Assembly (NCBI RefSeq): GCF_030144855.1
Contig: NC_082714.1
Location: 95,976,001 to 96,040,000 of the forward strand
Source: Hypanus sabinus
Lineage: Eukaryota
Length of the DNA stretch: 64,000 bases
Reading direction: 5' to 3'
Shown one piece after another: positions 48,341 through 61,750 of the stretch (the first letter of the stretch is position 1; the number at the start of each line of letters is the position of its first letter). Under the pieces are notes generated by a model. The model ran no database searches. It was not told the origin of the DNA and worked only from the letters and a program-made list of their open reading frames with translations. Made by a program: the position numbers and the translations under genes.

Positions 48341-51288
48341 CCATACACGAGAGAACCTCTAGATTGTCTACGATCAATTTGTACATTGTATAATACTTTG
48401 GGCGGATCAAAGGTGAAATAATCCAACAAGTTCTTTAAAATTAGATCACGGGACCCGTACAGATCGATCCTATGAGCTGATTGCAGTTCCACATGTGAAC
48501 ATTAGGTGACGGTAAAGAGCAATCAAGGACCTCGGTAAGGTGTGACCTGAAAAAACAGAGTCTGGCAACAGAAAGGAAAGGAAACCTTCGTCAGATTGAT
48601 GAGCAGATTACCCCGCTCCTGGAGGTCCTTACACGGGTGTAGTGGAGGGAATTCAGCCCGCCACGTCTTTTAAACACGGACAGAAGACTATTCCATAAAT
48701 CATACGACTTTCACAGAAAGAAGAGGAATTAATTCAATAAACCATCGGAAGGGAATGTGAAGTCTTCTTCCCTTTAGTTATAGAACAACTCCTTTTAGTT
48801 GCCCACAGCTTATTCCTGTTCATAACCTTCAGCACCCCGATGTAACAATGTGTTCAACGATTAGATAAAGATAACAAAATGTCCTAACAGTCTGGAAAAA
48901 AAGCAAAGATCAAATGTCAAAATAAATATTTTATTGTGGCGCGTAAACTGTATGCCACCGTATACTGCTGTGAGTTTCAGTTCCTTGCAGGCATTCACAC
49001 GAACCAAGAAACACAATAAAATGAGTGAAAAAGCACAATCACCGAAGGGTCAAATAGAGGACATCATGAAAGCCAATGTCCCAAAAACTCTCTTTGCGAC
49101 TCTCTAATTGTAAGGTCACTTTCAAAGAATTGTGGATTTTGATTCCCTGATCCCTTTCTTCTATCACACCTCAGTGTTCCACCTTTCACCGTGTAAATCC
49201 TACCCTCGTTTATCCTGCTGATGTCAAACTTCTCTCATTTGTCTTCATTAAAATCCATCTGACATTTTCAACCTGAAACAAATGGCCATATTTGGAATGA
49301 AATCAATCTCAATATATTACTTCCATCCAGGTTTCAATGAAGAAGTTTTTCTCTAACTTTATTACTAAAGGGTAGACAACAATAAATACTTTGCCATTTC
49401 TGGATTCGAAATAAAAATATTGATTGAAATCGTTTTCGCTCAGAAGTGGACTCTTTATTCATTTTCATAGATATTGCTTCAACTGAGTTCCTTCAGCATT
49501 CTGTGTGGGTTCCTCTGGATTTCCAGATTCCGCAGAATCTGTTGTGTTTATGGCCTGAAACCTGTTAAATTGGTAGCCTATCTTTCAGGTTATGAAATCT
49601 AATTACATGTAAATTAATCAATTTTTGAACCCTATCACTGTGCCTCATAGATTCTGATTTGATAGTGTTTAAATAAATGTTTTCTGCTGTAGGAACTAAA
49701 CATTTCTAACGTTAATTTTGAGTGCTTTTAGTTACTATTACCCGTCATTCTGAGCACGATTCATAACAGAAAAAAAAGCATTTTGTCATATAATTCTCTG
49801 TTATGTGGTCATTGCAGAAAAGTCCGTTATGCATCAAAACAAATATGCTTCCCTTTCATAAAAATTACCGAGCATTATAAAAATTACAGAGTAGAGGACA
49901 TTCGATATATAGCATTTAAAGCAGAGGTTGATAGATTCTTGATTAGTGAAGGCGTCAAAGCTTACGGGCAGAAAGCAGGGAGAATGTAGTTGAGAGGGGT
50001 GATGATTGATTCTATTATGGTTACCGAATATATTGAGATTGACAGCAAGAAAATGAATCTATGGGTTGTATATGGAAACATCTATCTACTTTAATAATAA
50101 ATTTACTTTGAACTTTGATGATACATCAGCCATGATAGAATAATAAAGCAGGTCTATGTGCCGACTGGCTGATGTCTGCTCCCATATTCTATGGTCTAAT
50201 GGTGTACGGTCTGAGCAGAAGAGTTACTGTGCTTGCTTCTTTCTCCGGTGGTCACTGGTGCAAGTGTTTGTGATAAATCAAATTGTGCATTTCAGTCAGT
50301 AGCAATGACTGTGTTAAGAAGAATAAAACAAATGCATTCCCAAAATGTCTTATTTTCCGTCTGCACCCAGGTATTCAATGCTGGCTCATCAGACATATAA
50401 CTTTACCAATCGTTGAAGGAAGCAGTGAGGAGGAAAAGTTTGGCCTTTTGGAAGGAGGTGAATTACAAAAGTGTGGCATGTTGCTGCATCACTACTGGTC
50501 CGAGGTTAGACTGTCTGTTTACTGTAAACAGGTCTGTTTCTTGTATGAAATCTTACACTGGCTATGGAGACTGTTTTCTCTGGATGAGAGGATTCACCGG
50601 TGAACAGATGTTGAGAGGGATGCGCCTGAGTCTCCGCAGTTAAGAAAAATTAGAGGCAAATGCTTTGAAATTCCGGTTACTGAATGAACTAACAGAGTAT
50701 ATCAGATGTGAAACAAAGGATTCTGTGCCTCCTTCCCAGAGATCTGCTGGGAATTTAATCACTAACGAAGTTGCAAACGGGAATCGATAAGTGCTTGGAC
50801 GCTGAGAGATTCCAAGGAAATGAGAATAAGCCAGACGGTTCTGCAGCGACTCTCAGTCATGAACTTATTGAAAGAGGAGCGGTTTCCAGGAGCCACCGCT
50901 GGTTTGTTCACTGTTTATGTGTCAGCACAGTAATCACTTTAAGAAATGTCATAGATTGTTTCTTTCTCCTGTGCTAACTTGTGCAAGTGTTTGTAATAAA
51001 AGAAATTGTGTATTTCAGTAAATAGCGATAGCTGTGGTGAAAAAAATGTAAATATACATTCCATTTCTTCATGTTCATGTGAAAGACCATAGTGTGCTGC
51101 TTTTAGTTTCAAGGAATGAGAGAGACTGCAAGAACTAAAATCCAACCTGGCTGACCTCCGAATGTTTCCCTGGACACTCATCTCATCCGACTGCCCGATG
51201 AGTATTGTGAATTTATCAGAGCTGTGACAGTCAGCATCCACTTCTCACTCGCTCTGTTTCACTCACACACGCAGGCACAGATACATGG

Positions 51289-51289
<1 letters not shown>

Positions 51290-51378
<89 letters not shown>
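51290..51378. repeat. (CT)n microsatellite
   Basis: Perfect dinucleotide run. Confidence 0.98.
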
Positions 51379-51382
<4 letters not shown>

Positions 51383-52264
51383 GCTTTTTTAGAACTTCTA
51401 TGGAGTTCAAAGATCGCCAGTACATTTAATATAACATTGTTTGAAAATATTAACATCTTAGAGATTCAACTTAAGTCTGAGACTTTGCCATTGACTGCGT
51501 TGTCTCAATGGAAAATACTTCAGTGATTTTAAATTAACCACCCGGCTCTTTCTCTGCCTTTCCGGGTCCCAATGACCGCACCATCTGCACCGCTTAACAA
51601 ACAAGTCAGAAACAGCATCAATTTGTGTAACTGTAGCTAAATAAAGGCTGTGCAAACACCGCCCAGTCCCCACGGGGATATGACATATTTCGCATCTGCA
51701 TCAGTGTCACTCACAGACACAGGCTGACCGACTCTGTGAACCATCGTCAGCGCTGGGTTACTTGGACAGAGCAGCATCTCATGGTCGAGTTTGGGGGAAC
51801 AGACAACTGTCCGAGTTCATCAAGGAATGATTTATTATCTCAGATCACACCTCCTCCAAACCCCGTTGGCGTCCCCATACCAGCTTCACTCAGACTAAGA
51901 CAAAGAAGAACAGAGGGCGACATTTGGCTCTCGAACCCGCATACCAGCTCAGACAACATATTTCGGACCCTCGGCCACAACTTCCCTTTTCTACAGCTTC
52001 CCAATCTCCTCCGATTCTCCCTTTGATCAAAAACACACTAGTTATTTTCACTTCAATATCCTTCTGGTCGGCTATCAGTTAAACAGTGAAACTCAAAAAA
52101 TATCAGCCGCACCCAATGTCAAACAAAAATGTAATTTCTGTCCAAAGTGAAACAAAAGCCCCTGACATGAGAACACTACTCCAATGAAACCCACCTCTCG
52201 GTGAAGGTGGCCTCTTGCCTGCCGTCGTTTCTGATCTGACCAAACATGGGATATTGTAAGCAAT

Positions 52265-52755
52265 TTTGGGCTCCATATCTAAGTAAAGATGTGCTGGCAT
52301 TGGAGAGGGACCGGGGATGTTCAGGGAAAGGGTTAATGAACGAAGAGCGCTTGTATCTCTGTGCCTGTACTCTCTGAAGTTTAGAAGAATGAGATGAGGG
52401 AGGATGATTGGAAGGGACTAGATAAAGTAGATTTGGGGAGGATGTTTCCTATAGTGGCCGTCTGGAACCAAAGGTTATAATCTCAGAATAAAAGCACATC
52501 TCTGACGAGGAGAAATTTCTTTAGACCGAGGGTAAACAGTCTGTGAACTTCATTGCCATTGTGACTGCAGAAGGCAAGTCATTGGTATGTTTAAAGAGGA
52601 AGTTGATAAGGTTGTCGTTCAGTAAGTGCGTCAAAACTTATAGGGATAAAGCAGGGGAATGGGGTTGAGAAGGGTGATAAATCAGCCATGAATGAATGGC
52701 GGAGTAGACTCGATAGATCGAATAACTTAATTCTGCTCCTTTGTCTTGTGTCTGA
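52265..52755 (+). mobile_element. CR1 LINE 3' end
   Basis: agatgtgctggcattggagagg ... ataaatcagccatg...ggagtagactcgat. Confidence 0.75.
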
Positions 52756-54299
52756 TAGTCTTAGGTCCTCTCACGTTTTCAGTCGTAAGTTTAACAGGCC
52801 TGTGCCGTCTACGTTTACTTATGGGGCGCAGTTCATAGCCCGGGCCTCGGTCCAGTGGAAGGAAAGCCACGCATGCGCTTCAGCGCCATGCAGGTCTAAT
52901 GGACAGGTTTGTATAAACGTCTCTTTGAGGCGAGAGGTAAAGCGACTGGACTCTGCTCACACTGAAATTGACTTGAATGTGTAGTTATCTTCAGAACATA
53001 TTTAAAATATCCACTAAACTATAAGGCTTTATGAGGGCAATTCGAAGAATTCTAACACCATATTTCATTGAGGTCTCGTCTCTGTGACACTGGGCTGTTT
53101 ACTATTTACCTCTGTTGCGCACTACATGCACTTTTGAATTATATTTTATAAAGATTTGTGGTAATATTTTGTTTTATGTGTTGTGAGCGGTATTATATTT
53201 TGTGGGTGTGCTGTGATTCAGTGGAACGTTATTTCCTTTCGCTGGGTACATGTGCAGTAAGATGACAATAAACTTGAGTTTGAAATCTCAACGAACCAAC
53301 TGACTTCACTGGAACTTACCAAACATTGACAATGAACCACGCGAGGAAGCACTCTAAAAGGTTTGTCAGAAGGATGGGCATTAAAATCTATGTAATGAAG
53401 GAAAGAAGTAGATTATAATGAGGCTGGATTGATGAACTTAGAGCTCACAGCTTAACATCTCAAATGCAATCTCAATTAGTTGAGCAATTAAATCTGAGAA
53501 TAAAATATTCAAGCTGAGTGGATGCAAAGATGTTTGTCGATAGATTGGTAGGTTGTGAGGCGAGAGTAAGAGGAACGCCTCGCTCTGGAAAGATTTTCTG
53601 ATGCAGACTGGTGACGATGGAAAGAAACGTGGCTCCTCTGCTGTAGAAATATTGTAGAGCTGAAGTCTGGCGATGGGGAAACTAAATCATTAACAGCACC
53701 GAGATGATGCTTGACGCAGAATTTTCTTCCTTTTATGAGAGCAACTGAATCACAGTGAAAGCAGACTGGCCGGTCCAATTATGTTTTAAATATAACTCCT
53801 CTCATCTGCGATGACACTGGTGTGTATCAGGAAAGAGTCACAGTCGCTCAGTCAGTTTTAAATGACATTAAATGGGATAGGAAAATGATATCTTCACATG
53901 TACTGCCGGCATTAAGCAGGGTAATATAAGGGCAATATAGATAACAATTATGTTCCAAAGCAGTTTGTTTATATCCGGAAAATCTCCGTTACCCGAACCA
54001 AACATGAGGTCTTGGGACTAAAATGCGCAGAAACCCTGGAGGAGAGAAGAATGGACAGACGTTCGCACCACAACTAAGGACGGTAGGTTGGCGTTGGAAA
54101 GAGAGCAATCTACGACTTGACATGGGAAGGGAGGAGAGGACTCGTTAATAGTTGTATTCCCGTGGATGTCAGGTTTAGTCATTATCTATACGGATTCCGG
54201 ATATTTGGACCACCGGTTAATCGGCGTAGCCACTTAATTGAGCCAAAATATTCTGTTCATGACATGTTCTAATTAACCGGAAACCCCTTCTCTGTATTG

Positions 54300-55130
54300 A
54301 GTGGGCAAATGTTGCATTCTTTGAGGAATTAACGTACAGATTTCATTTGATGACACAAAGGTTGGGAGTGTTGTGGATAGTGTGAAGGGCTGTCAGAAGT
54401 TACAACGGGACATCGACAGGATGCAAAACTGCGTTGAGAAGTGGCAGATAGAGTTCAACCCAGATAAGTGTGAGGTGGTTCATTTTGTTAGGTCCAATAT
54501 GATTGCAGAATATAGTATTAATTGTAGGGCTCTTGGCAGTGCACAAAATCAGAGGGATCCTGGAGTCCGGGTCCACAGGACAATCAAAGCTGCTGCGCAG
54601 GTTAACTCTGTGGTTAAGAATGTATATGATGCATTGGCCTTCATCAATCAAGAACCGAGAGGTAGTGTTACAGCTTCATAGGATCCTGGTCAGACCCCAC
54701 TTGGAGTAATGTGCTCCGTTCTGGTCGCCTCACTACAGGAAGGATGCGGAAACCATAGAAACGGTGAGAGAAGATTTAAAAGAATGTTGCCTGGATTGCG
54801 GAGCATGCCTTAAGGGAACAGGTTGAGTGAACTTTGGCTTTTCTCCTTTGAGCGACAGAGGATGAGAGGTGACCTGATATAGGTGTATGAGATGATGAGA
54901 GGCATCGATCGTGTGGATAGTCAGAGGCTTTTTCCCAGGGCTGTAAAGGCTAACACGAAAGGGCACGGTTTTAAGCTGCTTGGAAGAAGGTGTAGAGAAG
55001 ATGTCAGACGTACGTATTTTACGCAGAGATTGATGAATGCACAGAATGGGCTGCGGGCGTCGGTGGTGGAGAAGGATACGATGCAGTCTTTTAAGAGACT
55101 CCTGGATAGGCACATTGAGCTTAGAAAGAG
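54300..55130 (+). mobile_element. CR1 LINE RT end and 3' region
   Basis: DSVKGCQKLQRDIDRMQN and YEMMRGIDRVDSQRLFP. Confidence 0.88.
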
Positions 55131-56969
55131 AGAGACGGGAGACAGAGTGGGGAAGAGGGAAAGAGAGATTACCTCAGTACTAAGGGGGAAGTCAATATGT
55201 TTATCAATACTGGAGTGCTGATATAGCAGCTCGGAAAGTGAAATGTAAATTAACAAAGGCTGCCTTCGAATTCTCACAGTCAAATTATATCTAATTTGTT
55301 TGTTTCCTAATATAGAATATACACAATAAAATGTGAGAACCAGAAGATATGGTGTGTAAACTGTTGGATTTGTTGGATTTCAATAATTATGTAACTGAAG
55401 AAGGAGAATGCTGGTTTTCTTACTGTTATATCAGACGATAAGATGCAGGAATAGATTAGGCCAATCGTTCTATCAAGAGTCCTCCGTCATTCCATCAGTT
55501 ATTTTCTCAATCACATTCTCCTGCCTTCTCCCTGTAAAGTTGAACAATCAATAATTTATCAATCCCTGACTTCAATGCAGCCACGGATTCGGCCTCCATG
55601 TCTCTATATGGCTCATATTCATTATCCTCTGACTGATTTAGATATATAAATGTCCACCCATAGCGAATATATATCTCACCGGCGTCTCAACCTAATGTGT
55701 CCGTGCAATCAGAACTGAAATGGTCAGAGAAAAACATTTGTTCTCAATGTTATTGAAGGCCGGAGAAGAGGTAAGTAGCGAATTGTACAAATGCATTTGT
55801 ATTTAAATAAATATCGCGCTCAGAAAAAATAACGGATGAGAGCGGATTAAGGTAAATGATTTTAGTAGTGGCCAAGTGAATGAGAAGCTGAACTCAGTTG
55901 AAGAGAATCTTCTAATTGTCAATAAACTGATAAGCAAAAAAAAAACTCAGAGAGAGAGAGAGAGAGAGAAAATAAGAGAAAAGCAGAGGAGAGAAAGAGA
56001 GAGAGGAGGGCTGAGAAAGAGAGGGAATGGGTATAGGGGAAGGGGGTGAGGAAAGTAGAGAGACACGAGAGACACAGCAATACAATAGGCCTGAACTGGT
56101 GCTGTTTATGAAAGTAAAAACATGAGTGACGGTTCTGTTGAGCCACAAAAGAAATACAGTAAAATAGGTGGAAACTAGTGAATATCCTGCATAAACAGAA
56201 GATTTTATTAGAATTTAGCAAAAGCTAAAGAAGGAAAAAAACTCTTTGAGGTCTTGCTTCAATTATGTCGAACAATAGGATATAGGAGTGGAATTTGACC
56301 ATTTGCTTCACTCGCAGTTCTGCGCCTTGTAATCATTTCATCATCGTTGGTTTCTATTTCAACCCTACTCTTCTGCCTTCTCGCAATCCATTTTACCATC
56401 CACAATAACTTGCCACCCAGGCCTTGATCCTTTATCGTTGCTGCCATCGGGCAGGAGGTACAATACTTTGGATCTCACAACACCAGGCTCTCTGAAGTTA
56501 TTCCCCTGCAACCATCAGGTTCCTGAACCAACGTGAATAACTTCAGTGGGCTCAAATCTGAACTGATGGATCTCAAGGTAGCACTAAATTCACATACATG
56601 ACACTTTCATAATAAATTTACTTCGACGTTAACTTTGACAAGAGCTGGTGTGTATCATTAAAATACAGCCACCCTTCACCATGTTCTCTGTATTAATAAT
56701 TTTCTTGTCTATTTATTATCACTTTAAATCTTCTTGATTGCTGTTCACAATTTCAATCACATGTTTGAATTTAGGAGCTACGTGTGAAGTCCCTAGGTGT
56801 GATGACACAAATTTATCTGCTTTTTGTGGCGTTTTGGAGAGGTTAGAGTTGATACAGATGGGTTAGGTGAGCCCACGGAGGTACAACATGCGGTTCAACG
56901 TTAGATCATCTGCTTCTGCAGATACAGTAGAACTTTGTATTGCTAATCAATAGTGAGGGAAATGCCTTG

Positions 56970-57900
56970 AGTCTGTTTCTATTTAAATTCTCCCCTGGTC
57001 GAGTACGACCATAGATGTCTCGTCCTAGTTGTCTAGGTTGTCACAAGCCAGGACAGTATGATATGGAGAACAAGCTGTTGCCCTTACAGCAGGCTCCCCG
57101 CTCACGACGCAACCTATACAGTTCGGCACTGGTAGCACCGCAGGAGTTGTCAGTCAGTATGGAACTCAATGTAGGACTGCCAGCTTGATATATGTCCTCA
57201 CAGTTTACTCCCGAAGTCTTCCCCCTGAGTGGGTATTCCCGCAAGGCAGTGGAAGTTTGAGTTCAGAGATTTCCTTCTCGTAGATCAGCTACCAACCTTG
57301 GCTAACGAGTCCTATCTGGCCGAAGCAAATGGGTTTCAGGTACCGGTAAGACGACTTTGTCTCTTAATAGTCAATAGTGAGGCATTGGATTAATGGAGTA
57401 TTGGAATATCCTATTAATTGGAACGGTTACTGCGCGCTTAACAGTTAAACATCACGTGGAGCCCAGAATCTAAACTTGGTGGTCAGCGGCTATTTCACAC
57501 GTACACCATTAGGACCATTTGACATGTAGTGGGAGCTCACCTCCAGGACCCATCACCACCGCCCTTCCCCACCTGATTATGATAAAGTTAGGGCTCCTGT
57601 GCGTGTGTACAGATCTCTGAAAGTTAATGTGTAGATAGAATAAAGCCACCAGTAGACGGTGGGTTTACATTAGCGTGTGCTCATGTGCACTTGAGCGTTA
57701 AACAATGATGTTCCTTTCTTCTTAAGCCCATCACCCCTACTGGGGCAAAGGCTGCCGACAGTAGCACGCCAGAGTCCTATGTCCTGAGCTGAACGTTGAT
57801 CCAGTTTCGTCCACTTTCGCCATACAACTTCATATGTCTTCGAGGCCCAAATCCTCTCTCTTTCAGGAAATAAGGGTTTTTGGAGCTTCTGCTGGCGTTT
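56970..57900 (-). mobile_element. RTE-type LINE remnants
   Basis: ORF 57670-57987 end (KLDQRSAQDIGLWRATVGSLCPSRG) is an RTE-like C-terminus. The adjacent 57000-57600 is shared with 9100-9800. Confidence 0.6.
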
Positions 57901-59029
57901 CTGTTGCTTTGGGTTTTTTCGGGATGGGTTTGCCCATGCCCCATGCCCCACTCTCCTACTTCCCTGGACATGCTTGCGAATGTCCATGGCGGATGTCTTC
58001 CAGCAATAAGAAAGGGAACTAATGTGATCAGAATTGGAATACCGTGCGAGGTCGGATCTTCCCGGACAGGATATGAGAATTTACTGATTAAACGAGTATG
58101 TCAATGGTTAATACCGTTGATTTCCGTACAAAAAGAAATTAAGCAGAACTGATGGAAATACATCGGTAATAGTTTTCCTGGTCGGGGTATTTAGAATCAA
58201 GTGTCAATGTATCAAAACACAATTTGTGTCACTCCGGACCGAAATCAGAAAGAAATTTGGATTTTTTTCTGTGAACTTGATGATCAGTCGCTGAGTATAT
58301 TCGATAAAGGATTTGAGGGACCTTCAGATACAGGAGGAATTGAAGCTTATGGATTTCGTGCTGAAACGCGGAACCCAGGAAAATTATGACCTGCAGAGTT
58401 ATTTAATGGCAGGGGAGGTTGCGATGGTCCAGTGACTGAAAGGCCAACTGTTGTCCGTAATCATTTTGTAATGGCTCTCGTTGCAGGTACAAAGAGCTGA
58501 CGGTTTTCAGGGCGATGATAATGCGGCCAATACAGGAGTTGTTGGAGCTGTGGTCTTCCATGTTGAACACGAGAATGCCATCCCGCAGCTGATCCAAGGA
58601 GCGTTTTTGTTAGGTCAGGTGATGCAGTTTTTTGCCATTAATTACCCGACCTTACACATCACATTCAAGATCTTTGTAACTCATGTTCTCAGTCTCATTA
58701 CTTAATTTATGTTTTAAATTTCCACAGTTTGTCTTCCTTTTGCTGATTGTTGGTTTCTGTATAGTTTTTCATTGATTCTATTCAATCGTTTTTGTCCTAT
58801 TCTAAATACCTACAGAAATCGAATCTAAAAGTAGTATATGGATCCTAATGGTCCATTTACTAGCTGGATATTGTGACACTCTGAAGATTTACATAAATAT
58901 TACTACGTAGATCTAATTGTTTAATGCGATTGTGTAGTTCCTTTGGAAAGGCAACATTTGTAGATATTACTATCAGAATAGTGTACAACTTGTTCGTGTT
59001 CCAAAGTCTTTCATTTCCCTCTTATTATT

Positions 59030-59035
59030 ATAATA

Positions 59036-59066
<31 letters not shown>
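59030..59066. repeat. (AAT)n microsatellite
   Basis: aataataat run. Confidence 0.9.
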
Positions 59067-59067
<1 letters not shown>

Positions 59068-59777
59068 TATTATTGTATTTTTTCAGTTTGTCTATTGCAC
59101 ATTGATGACCTGTCGGTCTTTGTTTATAGGTTTTCATCGATTCAATAGCGTTTTTGTTCTACGCACTTCCAAAGAATCTACAATCATGTTCTCATTTTTA
59201 TATAACTACATAATTATAATGAATATCATTATTGTTCGTATTTCTATTTTCGCAGTCTGTTTTCTTTTTCACACTGAATGTTTGTCAGTCTTTCTGTGTA
59301 GCTTTTCATTGATTATGTTGTATGTCATTGTACTACTGTGAATCCCTGCAGGCAAATGAATCACGGGATAGAACATGGCGACATATACATACCCTAATAA
59401 TAAATTAACTTCGAATTTAAACTTTGATCATGAGGCGATTCTGATTCATGAATAGTTGCGATCAGCTTTATTTAATTCCTGACAGAAAATCGTGTTTATG
59501 ACATGATTTTCCAAACACAGGAACTGCGTCAGTACATTCATAAGTCTGTATTGAATACGGTTACAGGGACTATTTCAAGAGAGTAGGCTTGGTCGCTCGC
59601 TAAGGCAGACATTAGTTGCTACATGTTGCTAAATGCAGCCGTCATCAAATGTCTAAAATTATGTCCACCCCCAGTTCAGTTCCTAGATATTGATCAGACC
59701 GGATTGCCTTGGATCTCTGATATAACATAGCTAGATAAAAATATTTTGGTAGAGATTAATATTTTTACGATCATGGA

Positions 59778-59871
59778 ATTCGCAAGCAGTAGATTCCAGA
59801 GAACAGGTGGTCAGTCTCCGCCCCCATCCTGCCTCTGCCCCTCCCATTCATTAACATCTCCGGTTAATAAA
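59778..59871 (+). promoter_or_regulatory. Putative IgL promoter: octamer-like ATTCGCAA, E-box CAGGTG, TATA-like TTAATAAA
   Basis: Motifs at 59778-59785, 59804-59809 and 59864-59871, upstream of the leader ATG. The octamer has 2 mismatches to ATTTGCAT. Confidence 0.4.
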
Positions 59872-59977
59872 GAGCCTGGAGTGTCCAGTTTGCAGACTCT
59901 AGAACCGGAGCCACTCCCGGTGTTTGCACAACAGCGCACGGTTCGTTTGGATGTTAGGACGCTCACTGACCGAAGGA

Positions 59978-60026
59978 ATGTCCACAATTCTGCATTTCCT
60001 GTGGGCTCTAATGGTCCATTTACCAG
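59978..60026 (+). CDS. IgL leader exon (MSTILHFLWALMVHLP-G)
   Basis: ATG at 59978, hydrophobic signal peptide, phase-1 donor G/GTGAGA at 60027, in phase with the acceptor at 60171. Confidence 0.88.
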
Positions 60027-60171
60027 GTGAGAAGTGGTTTAGTTAAAGCACGAATTATCTGCAAAGAAATTCGTTGAAACTTTGAAAACCATTTTTCTGA
60101 GAGTTTTCAACGATCGATAACACTTCTGATGTCTGCAAATTACCTGGTAGTTTTATTGTGTCTTATTACAG

Positions 60172-60530
60172 GTATCCTGGCGGCCCCAGTCCTCAATCAG
60201 ACCCCAGTCTCCGGACCTGTCTCCGCGGGACAGACTGCCCGCTTAGAGTGCCGAATACAGAATGGAAACGTTGGAAGTTACAATGTTGGGTGGGACCGAC
60301 ATCGTCCCGGGAAGAGGCCGGAGGGGCTGATAGGCCATACCACTGGTAATAGCATTTACAGAGGACCCGGCATCACTGAACGTTTCCAACCGTCTGAGAC
60401 ACCTCCACCAACAGTCACATCCTGACCATCGGCAGCTTGGAGCCCGGCGACTCCGCCGTCTATTACTGCAGAGTGTGGGAAAGTGGCGTGGCTTGGTTCT
60501 ATGGACCGGGGACGATCCTGGAGATAAAGA
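60172..60530 (+). pseudogene. Germline-joined IgL VJ exon, sigma-cart (type I/NS5)-like, 1-nt frameshift
   Basis: Acceptor ttattacag. Translation ILAAPVLNQTP...LECRIQ...VGWDRHRPG...RFQPS/[R]DTSTNSHILTIGSLEPGDSAVYYCRVWESGVAWFYGPGTILEIK, then donor A/GTAAGT at 60531. One base is missing at 60395/60396. There is no RSS between V and J. Confidence 0.93.
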
Positions 60531-61421
60531 GTAAGTAAACTTCTCGTTCTAGATCAAATTACGATTCCGAAGAAATTCCCATTTCAATCGGACTACTAGC
60601 TGGCTCAACAATGGCGGAAGTATCGATTTGTCGAAATACTTCTACATTTGATTCAACCTTTGAAATTTCCTCATGAGGCAGCAGGACTCCAAAGTCCAGT
60701 CATTTAACCCATTAATCTCTTCCTCATATTCCAAAATAATCTTCCACTAATAATAATCTCACAAAATAATCTCCAACAAATCTTCCGCACTCAATCCTAA
60801 ACTTAATAGAGATTAATTGTCCAAACCAGTGTTAACATTATAAGTCAACGTTTCGTAGTTTGTGACAGAGAATTGCGTCAGTATGGCCAAATACAATAAA
60901 GAAAAATAACAGACTTTGAAGATGTCAAAGAGAAAAAGCGCTCTGCAACTTTCTGTATCTTCGCCACTTCCTGTTGTCTTAATGGACGGCGAGCTAACGA
61001 TATCTACATTGCCACTCCAATCACGGACCGACCCCGTCTAACAAAGGCTAGATTTGAAATATCTATAACCATATAGTAGCTAGAATTTAGATTTGGGGAT
61101 TTGTTGGTGTGTCTCCCACCTCCCCGCCCTCTCGTAACCACCGCTCCCCCCCTCCGGGTACCTGCCTCAGCAAAGAGAACAGGAAGGCGTGAAATGCGTG
61201 GAATATACCTGACCTGACCTGAGGGGTGGGCAACAATCCCATGATAGCGTTTGACAATGGGTCGAATGGTCGCATTCTGTACCCAAATTTTCACGGATTG
61301 TCTGCAGTTGGTACATTGAATCTTAATTTGACGGAGTTCGGTCAGTCGGTGGCGCTGTTTCAGAAATTCACAGGTCAATGATGATATTTTCTTCTTTCTC
61401 CCACCACTTTCTCACACACAG

Positions 61422-61750
61422 GTAGCGAGAGCAGAAAGCCCTCGGTCCTCCTGCTCCCTCCCTCCCCGCATGAGACCGGCTCAGGTTCTGCCACTCTTTC
61501 CTGCCTCGTGAGCGGCTTTAAGCCTGGATTGGTCGCTCTGCGCTGGAGCGTGGGTGGCGTGGAGACAAAGAGTGGCGTGACGACAGGCGCCGTGTCCCTG
61601 GACACCGACCAGACCTACAGACTGAGTAGTTACCTGCAGGTTCCCGCCGCTGCCTGGAACAAGGGCTCGAGCTATTCCTGCAGCGTGAGTCACAGTTCGC
61701 TGAGCTCGCCGCTGCGCAAAACCATCTCTTCGTCCGCCTGTGCGCAGTGA
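61422..61750 (+). CDS. IgL constant exon, sigma-cart (type I/NS5)-like, intact
   Basis: Acceptor ctcacacacag. Translation SESRKPSVLLLPPSP...TLSCLVSGF...LRWSV...YRLSSYLQVPAAAWNKGSSYSCSVSHSSLSSPLRKTISSSACAQ*. C1-set Cys/Trp/Cys plus the C-terminal interchain Cys are present. Confidence 0.95.

Noticed and set aside
51224-51526. ORFs with poly-ER or poly-LS
   Set aside because: Translations of the (CT)n microsatellite.
51750-52030. Weak resemblance of the minus strand to NLR leucine-rich repeats
   Set aside because: One short partial match with no repeating periodicity.
53752-53795. CACAGTG heptamer as an RSS
   Set aside because: No nonamer at either spacing and no gene segment beside it.
60570-60585. 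kappaB-like site in the J-C intron
   Set aside because: An imperfect short match expected by chance, with no conservation evidence.
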